The notes under the pieces are model-generated. The model did not search any database. It was given only the letters and a program-made list of their open reading frames with translations, and was not told where the DNA came from. A DNA stretch of 64,000 nt from an uncultured Acidobacteriota bacterium (GTDB taxonomy: Bacteria; Acidobacteriota; Terriglobia; Acidiferrales; UBA7541). Below are positions 46,460 through 56,713 of the stretch, piece after piece. The stretch is from positions 111,442-175,441 of the forward strand of contig CAVRLD010000002.1 of the NCBI GenBank assembly GCA_963721915.1. Direction: 5' to 3'. How positions within the stretch are numbered: the stretch's first letter is position 1; every line of letters starts with the position of its first letter. The position numbers and the translations under genes were made by a program.

Positions 46460-47881
46460 CTACCGCTTCTTCCTTTTTACAATCGCCATCTGTTCTGCCA
46501 AACATTGATTGGAAGCCGCCGGCCCTTTCATCAGCCTTACGCTGGTACACGCAAATTCCACTGCTTCGCGGTCTGCACGGCTCAATTTAGAGAGACCGCC
46601 CGGCCTGGGCGTGCTCCTCAATGCCGTCACCTGCTGTCGAAGGCATTCGTTATAGGCTTGAGTTCCTCCCGTCAATTTGTCGGAAGCGCAAGTCATTTCG
46701 ATCGACTCGCGATCCTCCTTGCTAAGCCCGGACAAATCGGGGTCCGGCGCGATCTCTCCTTCGGCGGGCGGCCCAACCTGCGGAGCAACCTGTGGCGTGA
46801 CCGGCGGCGGCGCTCCCGTCTGCACGGTGTCGACCGGCGTCATCACGAACACTGGAATGTCCCCAGTGCTCCCCTCAAGCCGCGTATCCGAAAACTGGCT
46901 GAGCGTTGCCATGGAGCTGCGTTCGCCCTGGCCTTGCAAACCTGCCTCCGAGCAAATGCCGACCCAACTCGGCGCTGCCCCAGCCTGGTGATGAAATTCG
47001 CATTTGGTTATCTCGCCGCCGTTTTTGGGGCCGTCCGCGATCTCATCCAGCAACAACACATCGCCCTTCGCGCGCGTTCGATAATTCTGCCCGTCTTTCA
47101 AGTTAATCCAGGTCTTCGTCGGCGACGCCGCGCCTTCTCCGTTTTCGCCAACCTCCGCGACGCTTTTTGTCACGCTACCTGTGGATGCGGCCGTGTTGGC
47201 AACACGCGAAGTGGCAATCTCCAGATAGGACGGCGACAGCATCCACAACGCGAACAGCACGATGGCAATGAAGCCCGCGCTGATCAGTAGTGGTCTGCGG
47301 CCGCTGGTAATGTTCGCGGCGATGGGCCGCATGCCGTTCACGAAAAACAAAATCCCCAAGCCAGCGGTGATGGTCGCCAGCCAGATGGGCGGCATTCTGC
47401 CGCTCCAGACCAGCGCGGCCAGAAAGAAAATTGTGGCCATGCCCAGGACAATGAACAGAAAGCTGTCCAGGTTCTTGATTTCAGGCAGGTGAGGGATGGG
47501 ATGCGGGCGTCGCACTGCGCCCGCGTTCGCGGAAGCAGTACCCTTGCGGGAACGCGAAGAGCTTCGTGTGCGCGAAGAATCCCGTGGAGGCGCGTTTGCT
47601 CCAGTCGAACCTTCCGCACGGGGCTCTGGCGGAGGTTGCTTCATACTCCGCGAGGCGGCCAGCTCTGCGTCGTACTTTTGCCGCGCGGTGGGATCGAGCA
47701 GTGCCGCCTTGGCCTGCGACAAGTCCTTGAAGGCCTCAGCCGCGATCTTCCGGAGATAGGTGTTTGCCGCCGGAACGGTGTCCGGATGGACTTCCCGCGC
47801 CTTCGCCTTGAACGCGGCCTCGATCTCCGCCGCGGTGGCGCTTTCCGCTACGCCCAGTATTTCGTAGTAGGTCTGTCCCAT
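46460..47881 (-). CDS. J-domain membrane protein
   Basis: YYEILGV...HPD J-domain, three TM helices, C-terminal region with Cys pairs. Confidence 0.85.
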   Translation of the reverse strand: MGQTYYEILGVAESATAAEIEAAFKAKAREVHPDTVPAANTYLRKIAAEAFKDLSQAKAALLDPTARQKYDAELAASRSMKQPPPEPRAEGSTGANAPPRDSSRTRSSSRSRKGTASANAGAVRRPHPIPHLPEIKNLDSFLFIVLGMATIFFLAALVWSGRMPPIWLATITAGLGILFFVNGMRPIAANITSGRRPLLISAGFIAIVLFALWMLSPSYLEIATSRVANTAASTGSVTKSVAEVGENGEGAASPTKTWINLKDGQNYRTRAKGDVLLLDEIADGPKNGGEITKCEFHHQAGAAPSWVGICSEAGLQGQGERSSMATLSQFSDTRLEGSTGDIPVFVMTPVDTVQTGAPPPVTPQVAPQVGPPAEGEIAPDPDLSGLSKEDRESIEMTCASDKLTGGTQAYNECLRQQVTALRSTPRPGGLSKLSRADREAVEFACTSVRLMKGPAASNQCLAEQMAIVKRKKR

Positions 47882-47959
47882 TACCCGATCACGACTTTTG
47901 CGAACCCGCGTTCTACCTCATTCCATCACAAGTTGAGAACGGTAGTACACCACCAAGCA

Positions 47960-48140
47960 AAATCGGCGAGACGAATCCGCCACCGATCTGCAACGACGCT
48001 CTCGCCCTCTTCTTCTTCGCCTTCAAAAATTACCTTGAGGTCCACATTAATTTGGATGCGCTTCGCGCGCAGGGCGTCGAGTGCCGCTAGCAACGCAACG
48101 ATTGGCGATTTATCGTCCGAAGAAGATGGCCACAGGGTCT
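47960..48140 (-). pseudogene. Fragment of an M20-family peptidase
   Basis: SSDDKSPIVALLAALDALRAKRIQINVDLKVIFEGEEEEG resembles the M20 DDK...EEE metal motifs; the rest of the gene is absent. Confidence 0.6.
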
Positions 48141-48404
48141 CCGTCAACGCCGGCCAGAGCAGTGCAACGCCGGCCAACCGTGCGACGGACGTGCCAGATT
48201 GTATCCGACTCCGCATGCATTCGCTTAAATCGATTGTACCGCGAGGGCTGCTAACCGCTTCTTGGCAGGCAAGGACAGCGTACCTGGTTATGGCTGACTA
48301 CTTGCATCGGCTGTCTTATTAATATATGGTAATATACACTGATGTTATCTATCAGCTAAGACTGAGCCGCCTGGCGCGCAAGCCATCGCTTGCGGAGGTC
48401 TCGC

Positions 48405-49105
48405 ATGAACTCTCGTTCTCGTCTCATCGCTGCCCTCGTGGCTGTGTCACTACCGGGTGGCGGGGTGTCCTCGCTCACGCCATTGTCTTGGGCATCGTAA
48501 CGCACGCGTTCAGGGCGACCCTGAGTTCCGGCACCGTCTCTGCGGGAGCTTCCCTTTACGATGGCGATACGCTCGCGACCGACGTTGATGGCGCGCTCAC
48601 GCTGCGCACGGCTGCGTCCATGATTCATTTGGGCGGGCAGAGCCGGGCCACGCTCCGGGCGCCATCGGGCATCGCGAAGTACACGCAACTCGATCTCAGC
48701 TCCGGCACCGTGATTTTCTCCACTCCGCAGGCTGCCGCCCTCGAGATCCGCGCCGATCGGGCCTCCATTCGCACAGCCTCGGAGACCGCCACGTTCGGGC
48801 AAATTACCATCATTAATGCGGCTGTGTTCGAGATTTACGCGCGGCGTGGCGCTTTGAAGATTCAGTATCGCGATGAGGCCGAAGCAATTGCGGAAGGTGC
48901 GTCCTACCGCGTTGTTCTAGACACTTCCAACGATGACGATTCTTCCGCGAAGAGTACTCCGAGCGAGAAACCTAGGCCCGTCAAAGCTACTTCGCACAAG
49001 CGTAAACGGATGGTCTTGATTTCGATCGGTGGCAGCGCAGTTGGTGTTGCGTCCGCGATTCCGCTGGCCGTCTTGAACGATTACGAGAGCCCTGATCATC
49101 CTTAA
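48405..49105 (+). pseudogene. FecR-like exported protein, probable frameshift after the signal peptide
   Basis: GGAGGT RBS and ATG 48405 (MNSRSRLIAALVAVSL) are in a different frame from the body (GASLYDGDTLATD...LDLSSGTV). Confidence 0.5.
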
Positions 49106-49196
49106 GATGGCGATGCATTGTTTCGCTGGATGCGGAAATGGTGGGCTCGGCTAGGATTAATCCTACCCGATGGCGCGCCGGCCTAAAGGCCAGCGC

Positions 49197-50228
49197 CTAC
49201 AGGGGGTTTACGCTCGTAAACGCCGCTAGTGCAGCTAGCTTCTCTTGGGCTGCGCCGGACGAAATCGTGGTGGCTGCCAGCCTGGCGGCGTCCAGAAAAT
49301 TCGCGGCGACACTTGAAGCTACGAGCGCGGCGGCAGCATTGATGACCACGATGTCGCGCGGTGCGCCCACTTGGCCTGCGAAGATGGCGCGAATCGTCAC
49401 GGCGTTCTCGGTTGCATCGCCCCCGCGAATCGCTTCCAGCGGCGCGCGCGCCACGCCAAAATCTTCTGGTGTCAGGGTGTACCTGCCTACCGTGCCTTGA
49501 TGCACGTCGGCCACCAGCGTTTCACCTGACAGCGAAATCTCGTCCAGCCCGCCCGCTCCGTGTACGACCAAGGCGCGCTCGGTTTCGAGTTCCGCGAGCG
49601 TGGCTGCAACCAGATCGATCGAGCCGGCGGAGAACACTCCGAGCACCTGCGATTGAGCGCCCGCTGGATTTGTCAGCGGGCCCAGCAAATTGAAAACGGT
49701 CCGGGCGCCAATCTGTTTTCGCGCGGGCATGGCGTGCCGAGTAGCCGCATGCGCCGCCGGAGCAAATAGAAAGCCAATTCCCAGTTCGCGAATCGCGCTA
49801 CCCATGCGCAGCAGCGGCACATCAATGCGCACGCCCAGCGCCTCCAGAACATCGGCCGACCCGCTGCGCGAACTCGCGGCGCGGTTGCCATGTTTGGCCA
49901 CGCGCGCGCCAGCGGCCGCCGCGACGATTGCCGCTGCCGTTGAAACATTGAACGCGTCGAAGCCGTCGCCGCCGGTGCCGCAGGTATCCACCATCTGCAA
50001 AGGCCGAGGCTCGCCGTCGAGAAAAACCGGGGCCGCAAATCGCCGCATCACGGACGCAAATCCTGCCAACTCCGCGACAGAGACAGGGCGCTGGTTCAGG
50101 GCCGTCAGCAGGCGCACGATTTCGAGCGTATCCGCGCGTCCCAAAAGCAATTCTTCCATCACCGCTTCCGCTTCCGAGCGAGTAAAGACGTGGCCGCTTT
50201 CGATATGCCTGATCAGGTTCAGTGGCAT
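49197..50228 (-). CDS. trpD: Anthranilate phosphoribosyltransferase
   Basis: DTCGTGGD, FNVST, KHGNRAASSRSGSAD, RTVFNLLGPLTNP, GLDE. Confidence 0.96.
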   Translation of the reverse strand: MPLNLIRHIESGHVFTRSEAEAVMEELLLGRADTLEIVRLLTALNQRPVSVAELAGFASVMRRFAAPVFLDGEPRPLQMVDTCGTGGDGFDAFNVSTAAAIVAAAAGARVAKHGNRAASSRSGSADVLEALGVRIDVPLLRMGSAIRELGIGFLFAPAAHAATRHAMPARKQIGARTVFNLLGPLTNPAGAQSQVLGVFSAGSIDLVAATLAELETERALVVHGAGGLDEISLSGETLVADVHQGTVGRYTLTPEDFGVARAPLEAIRGGDATENAVTIRAIFAGQVGAPRDIVVINAAAALVASSVAANFLDAARLAATTISSGAAQEKLAALAAFTSVNPL

Positions 50229-50464
50229 CCCATCCTCGGACGGGCACGGCGATGCCGCGCCCCTACAACGGAATTTAGATCGGCAGTGCAACCGAATAGC
50301 GGTACAACCGAATATTAGATCGTTGCAAACTGGCCGTGTTTTCCTTGGTTTTTGGCGGCTGCCTTGCTCCGTCCCCGGCGTTCCGGTTACACTTTGATGT
50401 TTTGCAGGCAGACAAATTCTAACATTGGCAGACCGCTCCAAGGTCACACCGAACACGGAATCCG

Positions 50465-51634
50465 ATGAAGATTCATGAATATCAGGCCAAAGCGATACTG
50501 GCTCGCTACGGCGTTACGACTCCCCGCGGTGAAGTCGCGTTCACCAAGGAAGAAGCGCGCACCGCCGCGCAGCGCCTGCGAACGCCGATCGTGGTCGTCA
50601 AAGCGCAAATCCATGCCGGTGGCCGCGGCAAGGCCGGGGGCGTGAAGCTCGCGCACTCTCCAGACGAAGCCGCGGAAATCGCCAGCCGCATGCTCGGCAT
50701 GAATTTAGTGACCGTGCAGACCGGGCCGAGCGGGCGCATCGTCAAGCGCTTGCTCATCGAAGAAGGCCTGGACATCAAGCGCGAGCTTTATCTCAGCATT
50801 CTCGTGGATCGCGCGGCGGGCAAAGTGGTTTTCATGGCCAGCACCGCGGGAGGCATGGAAATCGAGGAGGTTGCAAAAGAAAATCCCGAGGCGATCCTGC
50901 GCGAGACGATTCATCCGGCGGTGGGTCTGCAGCCATATCAGGCGCGCAAACTTGCTTTTGGTCTTCGGCTTTCCGGTGAATTTGGCCCGCAGGCCGCGCC
51001 ATTTTTCCAGGCGCTGCACCGTGCGTTCGTCGATACCGACGCTTCCATGCTGGAAATCAACCCGTGCGTGGTCACGGGTGACGGCCGCCTGGTCGCGCTC
51101 GACGCCAAAATGACTTTTGACGACAACGGACTGTTTCGTCATAAGGAGCTTCGCGAGTTGCGCGATCTCGACGAAGAAGACCCGCTCGAGGTGGAAGCCT
51201 CGAAGTACGGGCTAAATTACATCAAGCTCGATGGCAATGTAGCCTGCATGGTGAATGGCGCGGGGCTGGCCATGGCCACCATGGATATCATCAAGTACGC
51301 CGGCGGCTCGCCCGCAAACTTTCTCGACGTGGGCGGCGGCGCATCCGCGGAGCAGGTGAAGAATGCTTTCCGGATTTTGATGAGCGACGCCGGCGTTCGC
51401 GCGGTCTTCATTAATATTTTTGGAGGCATCCTTCGCTGCGACGTTTTGGCCACGGGTGTGGTCTCCGCGGCAAAGGACCTTGGCATAAAGGTCCCAGTCG
51501 TAGTTCGGATGGAAGGTACGAATGTGGAGGTAGGCCAGCAAATCCTGCGCGACTCGGGGCTGAACTTTACCATTGCGGATGGCATGGAGGACGGCGCGCA
51601 AAAGGTCGTCGCTCTCGCGGGGGGTGCGCGATGA
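50465..51634 (+). CDS. sucC: Succinyl-CoA ligase beta subunit
   Basis: [44 protein letters not shown]. Confidence 0.97.
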   Translation: MKIHEYQAKAILARYGVTTPRGEVAFTKEEARTAAQRLRTPIVVVKAQIHAGGRGKAGGVKLAHSPDEAAEIASRMLGMNLVTVQTGPSGRIVKRLLIEEGLDIKRELYLSILVDRAAGKVVFMASTAGGMEIEEVAKENPEAILRETIHPAVGLQPYQARKLAFGLRLSGEFGPQAAPFFQALHRAFVDTDASMLEINPCVVTGDGRLVALDAKMTFDDNGLFRHKELRELRDLDEEDPLEVEASKYGLNYIKLDGNVACMVNGAGLAMATMDIIKYAGGSPANFLDVGGGASAEQVKNAFRILMSDAGVRAVFINIFGGILRCDVLATGVVSAAKDLGIKVPVVVRMEGTNVEVGQQILRDSGLNFTIADGMEDGAQKVVALAGGAR

Positions 51635-52506
51635 GCGTGCTCGTGGATGAGAAAACGCGCGTGATCGTCCAAGGGTTCACGGGCCGGGAAGGCACCTTCC
51701 ACTCGCAGCAGATGATCGAGTACGGCACCAACGTCGTCGGTGGGGTCACGCCCGGCAAAGGCGGCACAAAGCATCTCGAGCGTCCGGTGTTCGACACCGT
51801 AACCGAAGCTGTCAAGACCACCGGCGCCAACGCTTCCGTGATCTTTGTTCCGCCGCCGTACGCCGCGGATGCCATTCTCGAGGCCGCGGACGCGGAGATG
51901 CCGCTGATCATTTGTATTACCGAAGGAATCCCGGTTATCGACATGGTGCGCGTCGCCGCCACCATCGACTCGAAGAAAACTCGGCTGATCGGTCCCAATT
52001 GCCCGGGGGTAATTTCTCCCGGGAAATGCAAAATCGGCATCATGCCTGGCCGCATACACAAGCAGGGCCACGTCGGGGTTGTCAGCCGAAGCGGCACGCT
52101 GACCTATGAAGCCGTCGAGCAGCTTACTCAGCTGGGCATCGGGCAGTCCACGTGCATCGGCATCGGGGGCGATCCCATCATTGGCACGTCGTTCCTCGAT
52201 GCCATTAAAATGTTCAACGAAGATCCCGACACCCACGCGATTATCCTGATCGGTGAAATCGGCGGCAACGCGGAAGAACGCGCCGCTGAATTCATCAAAG
52301 CAAATGTGAAAAAGCCGGTTGTGGGTTTCATCGCGGGGCAGACGGCGCCGCCGGGCCGCCGGATGGGCCACGCAGGCGCGATCATTAGCGGCGGCCAGGG
52401 CACCGCGAAAGACAAATACACAGCGATGAATGCCGCAGGCATCCGCACGATCGAAACGCCGGCGGATCTGGGCTCAGCTGTAGCGGCCGCCATGAAGCAG
52501 AAGTAA
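51631..52506 (+). CDS. sucD: Succinyl-CoA ligase alpha subunit
   Basis: [31 protein letters not shown]. Confidence 0.97.
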   Translation: MSVLVDEKTRVIVQGFTGREGTFHSQQMIEYGTNVVGGVTPGKGGTKHLERPVFDTVTEAVKTTGANASVIFVPPPYAADAILEAADAEMPLIICITEGIPVIDMVRVAATIDSKKTRLIGPNCPGVISPGKCKIGIMPGRIHKQGHVGVVSRSGTLTYEAVEQLTQLGIGQSTCIGIGGDPIIGTSFLDAIKMFNEDPDTHAIILIGEIGGNAEERAAEFIKANVKKPVVGFIAGQTAPPGRRMGHAGAIISGGQGTAKDKYTAMNAAGIRTIETPADLGSAVAAAMKQK

Positions 52507-52531
52507 CGAAGTAAAGACGTAACGAAGTAAG
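52500..52531 (+). repeat. 8-mer tandem array (GAAGTAAC-like x4)
   Basis: gaagtaac gaagtaaa gacgtaac gaagtaag. Confidence 0.8.
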
Positions 52532-52564
52532 GACCAAAACCAGGATTGGTGCGATGATTGTTGC

Positions 52565-52936
52565 GTGCCGATCAAGACATACAAAGAGTTGAACGTTTTC
52601 CGCGAGTCGTACCATTTGGCTCTTGATGTATCGCGCGCTGCGAGAGCCTTTCCGGCAGCGGAACAGTTTGAACTGGTTAGGCAGCTTCGAAGGGCAGCCC
52701 GATCGGTCCCTGCCAATATCGTGGAAGGCTGGGCAAAGCGGTATTCGGCATCCGAGTTTAAGCGCTATCTGCAGGTCGCAATCGGTTCCTGCGATGAATG
52801 TAAACTGTGGCTGGAGATGAGCCGGGACGAAGGCTACCTCCCAGTTACGGAATGCGACCAGCTTTCAAACCGTTTCAATGTAGTCGGCGCGATGCTGAAG
52901 AGTTTGGGGAAACGGTGGCAAACGTACCCAAAGTAG
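52565..52936 (+). CDS. Four helix bundle protein (23S rRNA IVS / bAvd-like family)
   Basis: YKELNVF...[27 protein letters not shown]...AIGSCDE. Confidence 0.9.
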   Translation: MPIKTYKELNVFRESYHLALDVSRAARAFPAAEQFELVRQLRRAARSVPANIVEGWAKRYSASEFKRYLQVAIGSCDECKLWLEMSRDEGYLPVTECDQLSNRFNVVGAMLKSLGKRWQTYPK

Positions 52937-52952
52937 ATTTTTTGAATTTATC

Positions 52953-52984
52953 GTTACTTCGTTGCATTTTTACCTCATTACATC
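52953..52984 (-). repeat. Inverted 8-mer tandem array x4
   Basis: gttacttc gttgcatt tttacctc attacatc, degenerate reverse complement of the upstream array. Confidence 0.7.
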
Positions 52985-53003
52985 GCTTTTCTTAGGAGAA
53001 ATC

Positions 53004-53423
53004 TTGGCTCTCGAACGTACCTTCGCAATCATTAAACCTGACGCGGTAAGCCGCAACCAGCAGGGCGAAATCCTTGGGCGCATCCACAAAGCTGGCTTTA
53101 GCATTGTTGCGATCAAATCCATGCGGCTGACGAAAGAAGAGGCCGGTGGCTTCTATGCCGTCCACAAAGAGCGTCCCTTTTTTGGTGAACTTACTGATTT
53201 CATGTCGTCCGGCAAAATCGTTGCTATGGTGCTGGAAGCCGAAGGCGCAATCGCCAAATGGCGCGACACCATGGGGGCCACTGATCCTAAGAAAGCGGCG
53301 CCCGGCTCGATCCGGCACGACCTGGGCACCAGCATCGGCACGAACTGCACGCACGGCTCCGACGCTCCAGAAACGGCTGCTTTCGAAATCAGCTACTTCT
53401 TTCCAGGCCTTGACCTGATTTAA
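53004..53423 (+). CDS. ndk: Nucleoside diphosphate kinase
   Basis: [29 protein letters not shown]; TTG start after AGGAG. Confidence 0.96.
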   Translation: MALERTFAIIKPDAVSRNQQGEILGRIHKAGFSIVAIKSMRLTKEEAGGFYAVHKERPFFGELTDFMSSGKIVAMVLEAEGAIAKWRDTMGATDPKKAAPGSIRHDLGTSIGTNCTHGSDAPETAAFEISYFFPGLDLI

Positions 53424-53561
53424 TTCGATGTCTCTATGGGGCACACCATGGGTATGCCCCAAGGTCGCGGCATTTCAATCGTGCGCTACGACTTCTTGTA
53501 CTGCTCCTTGCTGCAATCGCCGCCTTTGCGCATTACATCCCACCTTGACTACACTCTTCGT

Positions 53562-53795
53562 ATGGACCCAACCCGCGAACTGGGCCGCCTCCTCCTGATC
53601 CTGGGGATCGCAGTAACCGTTGTCGGCGTTCTACTGTATTTTAGCGGCCGCCTCCCGTTTCGTCTGGGCCACCTGCCCGGCGACATCATCCATCGCGGCG
53701 AGCACACCACGTTCTACTTCCCGATCACCACTTCTATCGTCTTGAGTATCGGGCTTTCGCTGCTCTTCTGGCTCGTGTCCCACTTTCGGGGCTGA
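53562..53795 (+). CDS. DUF2905 family small membrane protein
   Basis: LGHLPGDI...FYFPITTSIVLS. Confidence 0.85.
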   Translation: MDPTRELGRLLLILGIAVTVVGVLLYFSGRLPFRLGHLPGDIIHRGEHTTFYFPITTSIVLSIGLSLLFWLVSHFRG

Positions 53796-53852
53796 CATGC
53801 TGATCGCTCTCGTACTTCGCGAAAGCGGTTTTTACCGGCCCGGAGGATCCGA

Positions 53853-54458
53853 GTGAAAGATCCTGTCTTCGTTTTCGTCGCGCTCCTTGTGACCTTAGCG
53901 TCGGCGCAAGCGCAGCAATCCTCTGCGCCACCATCGTCCGCCGCGCAACCGCAAAGCGCGCCGCCGCGGGACCTCTCTTCCCGCGTTCCGGCCCCGAAGC
54001 CTGAGGACGTAAAATCCATCGATGCCATCCTGCGTGCCGTTTACGACGTAATCTCTGGACCCGCGGGCGAGCGCGATTGGAATCGCTTTCACTCTCTGTG
54101 CGTCCCGGAAGCACGACTCACAAGCACTACAAAAAGCGGCGCCTCGAGCGCACCTCGCCTTCTCACCGTTGACGAGTACATCCAGCGCGCAGGAAAATAC
54201 TTCACGACGCATGGATTCTATGAATCCGCCATCGTGAATCGCGTCCAAAGATTCGGGAATATCGCGCAAGTGTTCAGCAGCTACGAGTCCCGGAACGCAC
54301 CGAGTGAAAAACCATTCGCGCGTGGGATCAATAGCATTCAGCTTTTTTATGATGGGTCGCGCTGGTGGGTGCTCAGCATCCTGTGGGACGAAGAATCGGC
54401 CGCCAATCCGCTGCCTCCCGAAATGGCCACCACAGCGTCGAGTCCGATATCCCAATGA
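53853..54458 (+). CDS. Exported NTF2-like hypothetical protein
   Basis: Signal peptide; YDVISGPAG..RDW..F, FGNIAQVFSSYE, RGINSIQL. Confidence 0.75.
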   Translation: MKDPVFVFVALLVTLASAQAQQSSAPPSSAAQPQSAPPRDLSSRVPAPKPEDVKSIDAILRAVYDVISGPAGERDWNRFHSLCVPEARLTSTTKSGASSAPRLLTVDEYIQRAGKYFTTHGFYESAIVNRVQRFGNIAQVFSSYESRNAPSEKPFARGINSIQLFYDGSRWWVLSILWDEESAANPLPPEMATTASSPISQ

Positions 54459-54468
54459 TTCGCTACCC

Positions 54469-55962
54469 ATGAGCCAACTCCAATTCAACCTCATGCCCGA
54501 GCGCCGCGTTTTTTCCGTCAGCGAGCTGACTGGAAGGATCCGCGACCTCTTCGTGCGCAACTTCACAGATATTCTTGTCGAAGGCGAACTGTCGAATTGC
54601 CACGAAGCTGCGTCGGGTCACATGTATTGCACGCTCAAGGACGACCGCGCGCAGATTAAGTGCGTTTGCTTCAAGACTCAGCTGCGGCTGATGAAGTTTC
54701 GCCCTGAGAATGGGCTTCACGTTACCGTGCGCGGGTCTATCAGCGTGTACGAAACACGCGGCGAATATCAGATTTACATCGAGAGCATCGAGCCGGTCGG
54801 CCTGGGCGCATTGCAACTCGCGTTTGATCAGTTGAAAAAGCGGCTGGAGGCGGAAGGCTTGTTCGCCGCCGAGCGAAAAAAAACACTACCGATGCTGCCA
54901 CGCTGCATCGGCCTCATCACTTCGCCAACAGGCGCAGCCGTCCGAGACGTCGTGCGCATCTTGCGGCGCCGCTTTCACAACGTGCACCTGACACTTTATC
55001 CTGTGCACGTCCAAGGCGAAGGTGCGGCCGCCGAAATCGTTCGTGCGGTGCAGTATTTCAATCGGCAGCAAACCGTGGATGTGGTGATTCTCGCGCGTGG
55101 GGGTGGCTCGCTCGAAGACCTGTGGGCGTTCAATGAAGAGAGTGTAGCTCGCGCCATCGCGCATTCCACGATCGCGGTCATCTCCGGTGTTGGCCACGAA
55201 ACGGATTTCACTATCGCGGATTTTGTGGCCGACGTGCGCGCCTCGACGCCATCGGCTGCCGCCGAACTCGTGGTGCAGACTCGGCGCGAGTTCGACAAGC
55301 ATGTTGCGGAGCTTCGCGGCGCGCTGGCGGAGCAGATGCGCTACCGCATCCTTGATCTGAGCCGACGCGTTCACGAATTTGCGGGGCGTCGCGGGTTCCG
55401 CCGTCCACTCGATCTCCTGAGGCAACAGCGGCAGCGTGCCGACGAAATGACCGCGCGCTTGGTCCACGGCCTGCGCGCGAACCTCGAACGCTCGCGCAAA
55501 CGATTTACCGCTGGTCATTTGCGCATTATTTCTTTTGATTTTCGGCAGCAGATCGCGGGCTTTCGGCAGCGGTCGAATAATTTCACCGCGCGGCTGGAAC
55601 TGGGGCTGCGGGCGAGGTTGGAGCAGGTCCGGCGTCGGCATGCGACGCAGCACATGCGTTTGTTGTCGTTTGATTTTCGCGGAAGGATTGCCGGCTTGCA
55701 TCGGCGGCTCGAAAAGCGGAATCACGAATTAGCTGTCCGCGGGGAACGGATTCTGCGCGTCCAGCGCGACCGCCTTGACCGGCTGCGCCTGCAACTCGAA
55801 GAGCGCAGTCCGGCCCGGGTGCTCGAGCGCGGTTACGCCATCGCTACCGATGCGGCCGGCAATATCCTGCGCGACGCCACGCAAGTAGCCGTAGGCGACA
55901 CGGTAGCCCTGCAACTCCACCGCGGCCGCCTAACCACCGAAGTTAAACGGAAGGAGGACTAG
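54469..55962 (+). CDS. xseA: Exodeoxyribonuclease VII large subunit
   Basis: SGHMY, ITSPTGAAVRD, RGGGSLEDLWAFN, GHETDFT, STPSAAAE, LERGYA. Confidence 0.95.
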   Translation: MSQLQFNLMPERRVFSVSELTGRIRDLFVRNFTDILVEGELSNCHEAASGHMYCTLKDDRAQIKCVCFKTQLRLMKFRPENGLHVTVRGSISVYETRGEYQIYIESIEPVGLGALQLAFDQLKKRLEAEGLFAAERKKTLPMLPRCIGLITSPTGAAVRDVVRILRRRFHNVHLTLYPVHVQGEGAAAEIVRAVQYFNRQQTVDVVILARGGGSLEDLWAFNEESVARAIAHSTIAVISGVGHETDFTIADFVADVRASTPSAAAELVVQTRREFDKHVAELRGALAEQMRYRILDLSRRVHEFAGRRGFRRPLDLLRQQRQRADEMTARLVHGLRANLERSRKRFTAGHLRIISFDFRQQIAGFRQRSNNFTARLELGLRARLEQVRRRHATQHMRLLSFDFRGRIAGLHRRLEKRNHELAVRGERILRVQRDRLDRLRLQLEERSPARVLERGYAIATDAAGNILRDATQVAVGDTVALQLHRGRLTTEVKRKED

Positions 55963-56441
55963 CCTTGAACCCAGCGAAAATGAATGTCCTCGGATTCGAT
56001 CAGCCAGCAGTTTCCGTCGCGAAACAGCACCTCGTGTTCGACGAAATTGACTTGCGAAAGGCGAACTTCGTCGATGAGCCAGTCCCCGTGGCCTGCCTTA
56101 TTGGAACCGCCGAACGCTCCGGAAAGAGAATAGGAACGAACATTACGATATGAAAGCTCGATATGGCCATCATGAAAGGCGCCAAGTAGCCGCGCGGCGA
56201 CCTCAACGTGTCGCTCCTCTGCGCGCAGTCCCGATGCGGGCTCTGAAATTGTCAGCGCCTCCAGCCACGAATCGTGCGGACAGCGGTGATCAACGAAATC
56301 GTAATGCCAATCTGCGGACGCAAATTCGTGGGCGGACAGTGCCAGATTCTTGCGGATGGACTGAAGGTAGGTCTTGTACTCCGCTTGCGCCTTCTGCGCT
56401 TGATCGGCGGAGCAACCTGGCAGGGTAAGGAGAATGCTCAT
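55959..56441 (-). CDS. Hypothetical protein
   Basis: 160-aa ORF with a globular-looking sequence in a lower-GC patch. Confidence 0.65.
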   Translation of the reverse strand: MSILLTLPGCSADQAQKAQAEYKTYLQSIRKNLALSAHEFASADWHYDFVDHRCPHDSWLEALTISEPASGLRAEERHVEVAARLLGAFHDGHIELSYRNVRSYSLSGAFGGSNKAGHGDWLIDEVRLSQVNFVEHEVLFRDGNCWLIESEDIHFRWVQG

Positions 56442-56472
56442 CGAGTGTTACTCAAAATCGGGACGGCTCTGA

Positions 56473-56679
56473 TCACTCGCCGGTACGTTCCTTTCTGATT
56501 CGTTCGAGGGCTTCTTCAAGTGGAACGGGTGTCTCGCTGGAGGCTTTTGCTTCGTCAAACGCACGAATGTCGTCAAGATCTTCTAGCTCATCGAGAAGCT
56601 TTTCGTATTCCTCGATATCAATGATGACGGCTGTTCTCTCGCCTTTTTCGTTAGTTATAAATTGGGTTGGTTCTTTCAT
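56473..56679 (-). CDS. Small acidic antitoxin-like protein
   Basis: [32 protein letters not shown], Phd-like pattern of type II antitoxins. Confidence 0.7.
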   Translation of the reverse strand: MKEPTQFITNEKGERTAVIIDIEEYEKLLDELEDLDDIRAFDEAKASSETPVPLEEALERIRKERTGE

Positions 56680-56713
56680 CCGCGCATCCTTAATGAATAA
56701 CTGTCTAAAACAC

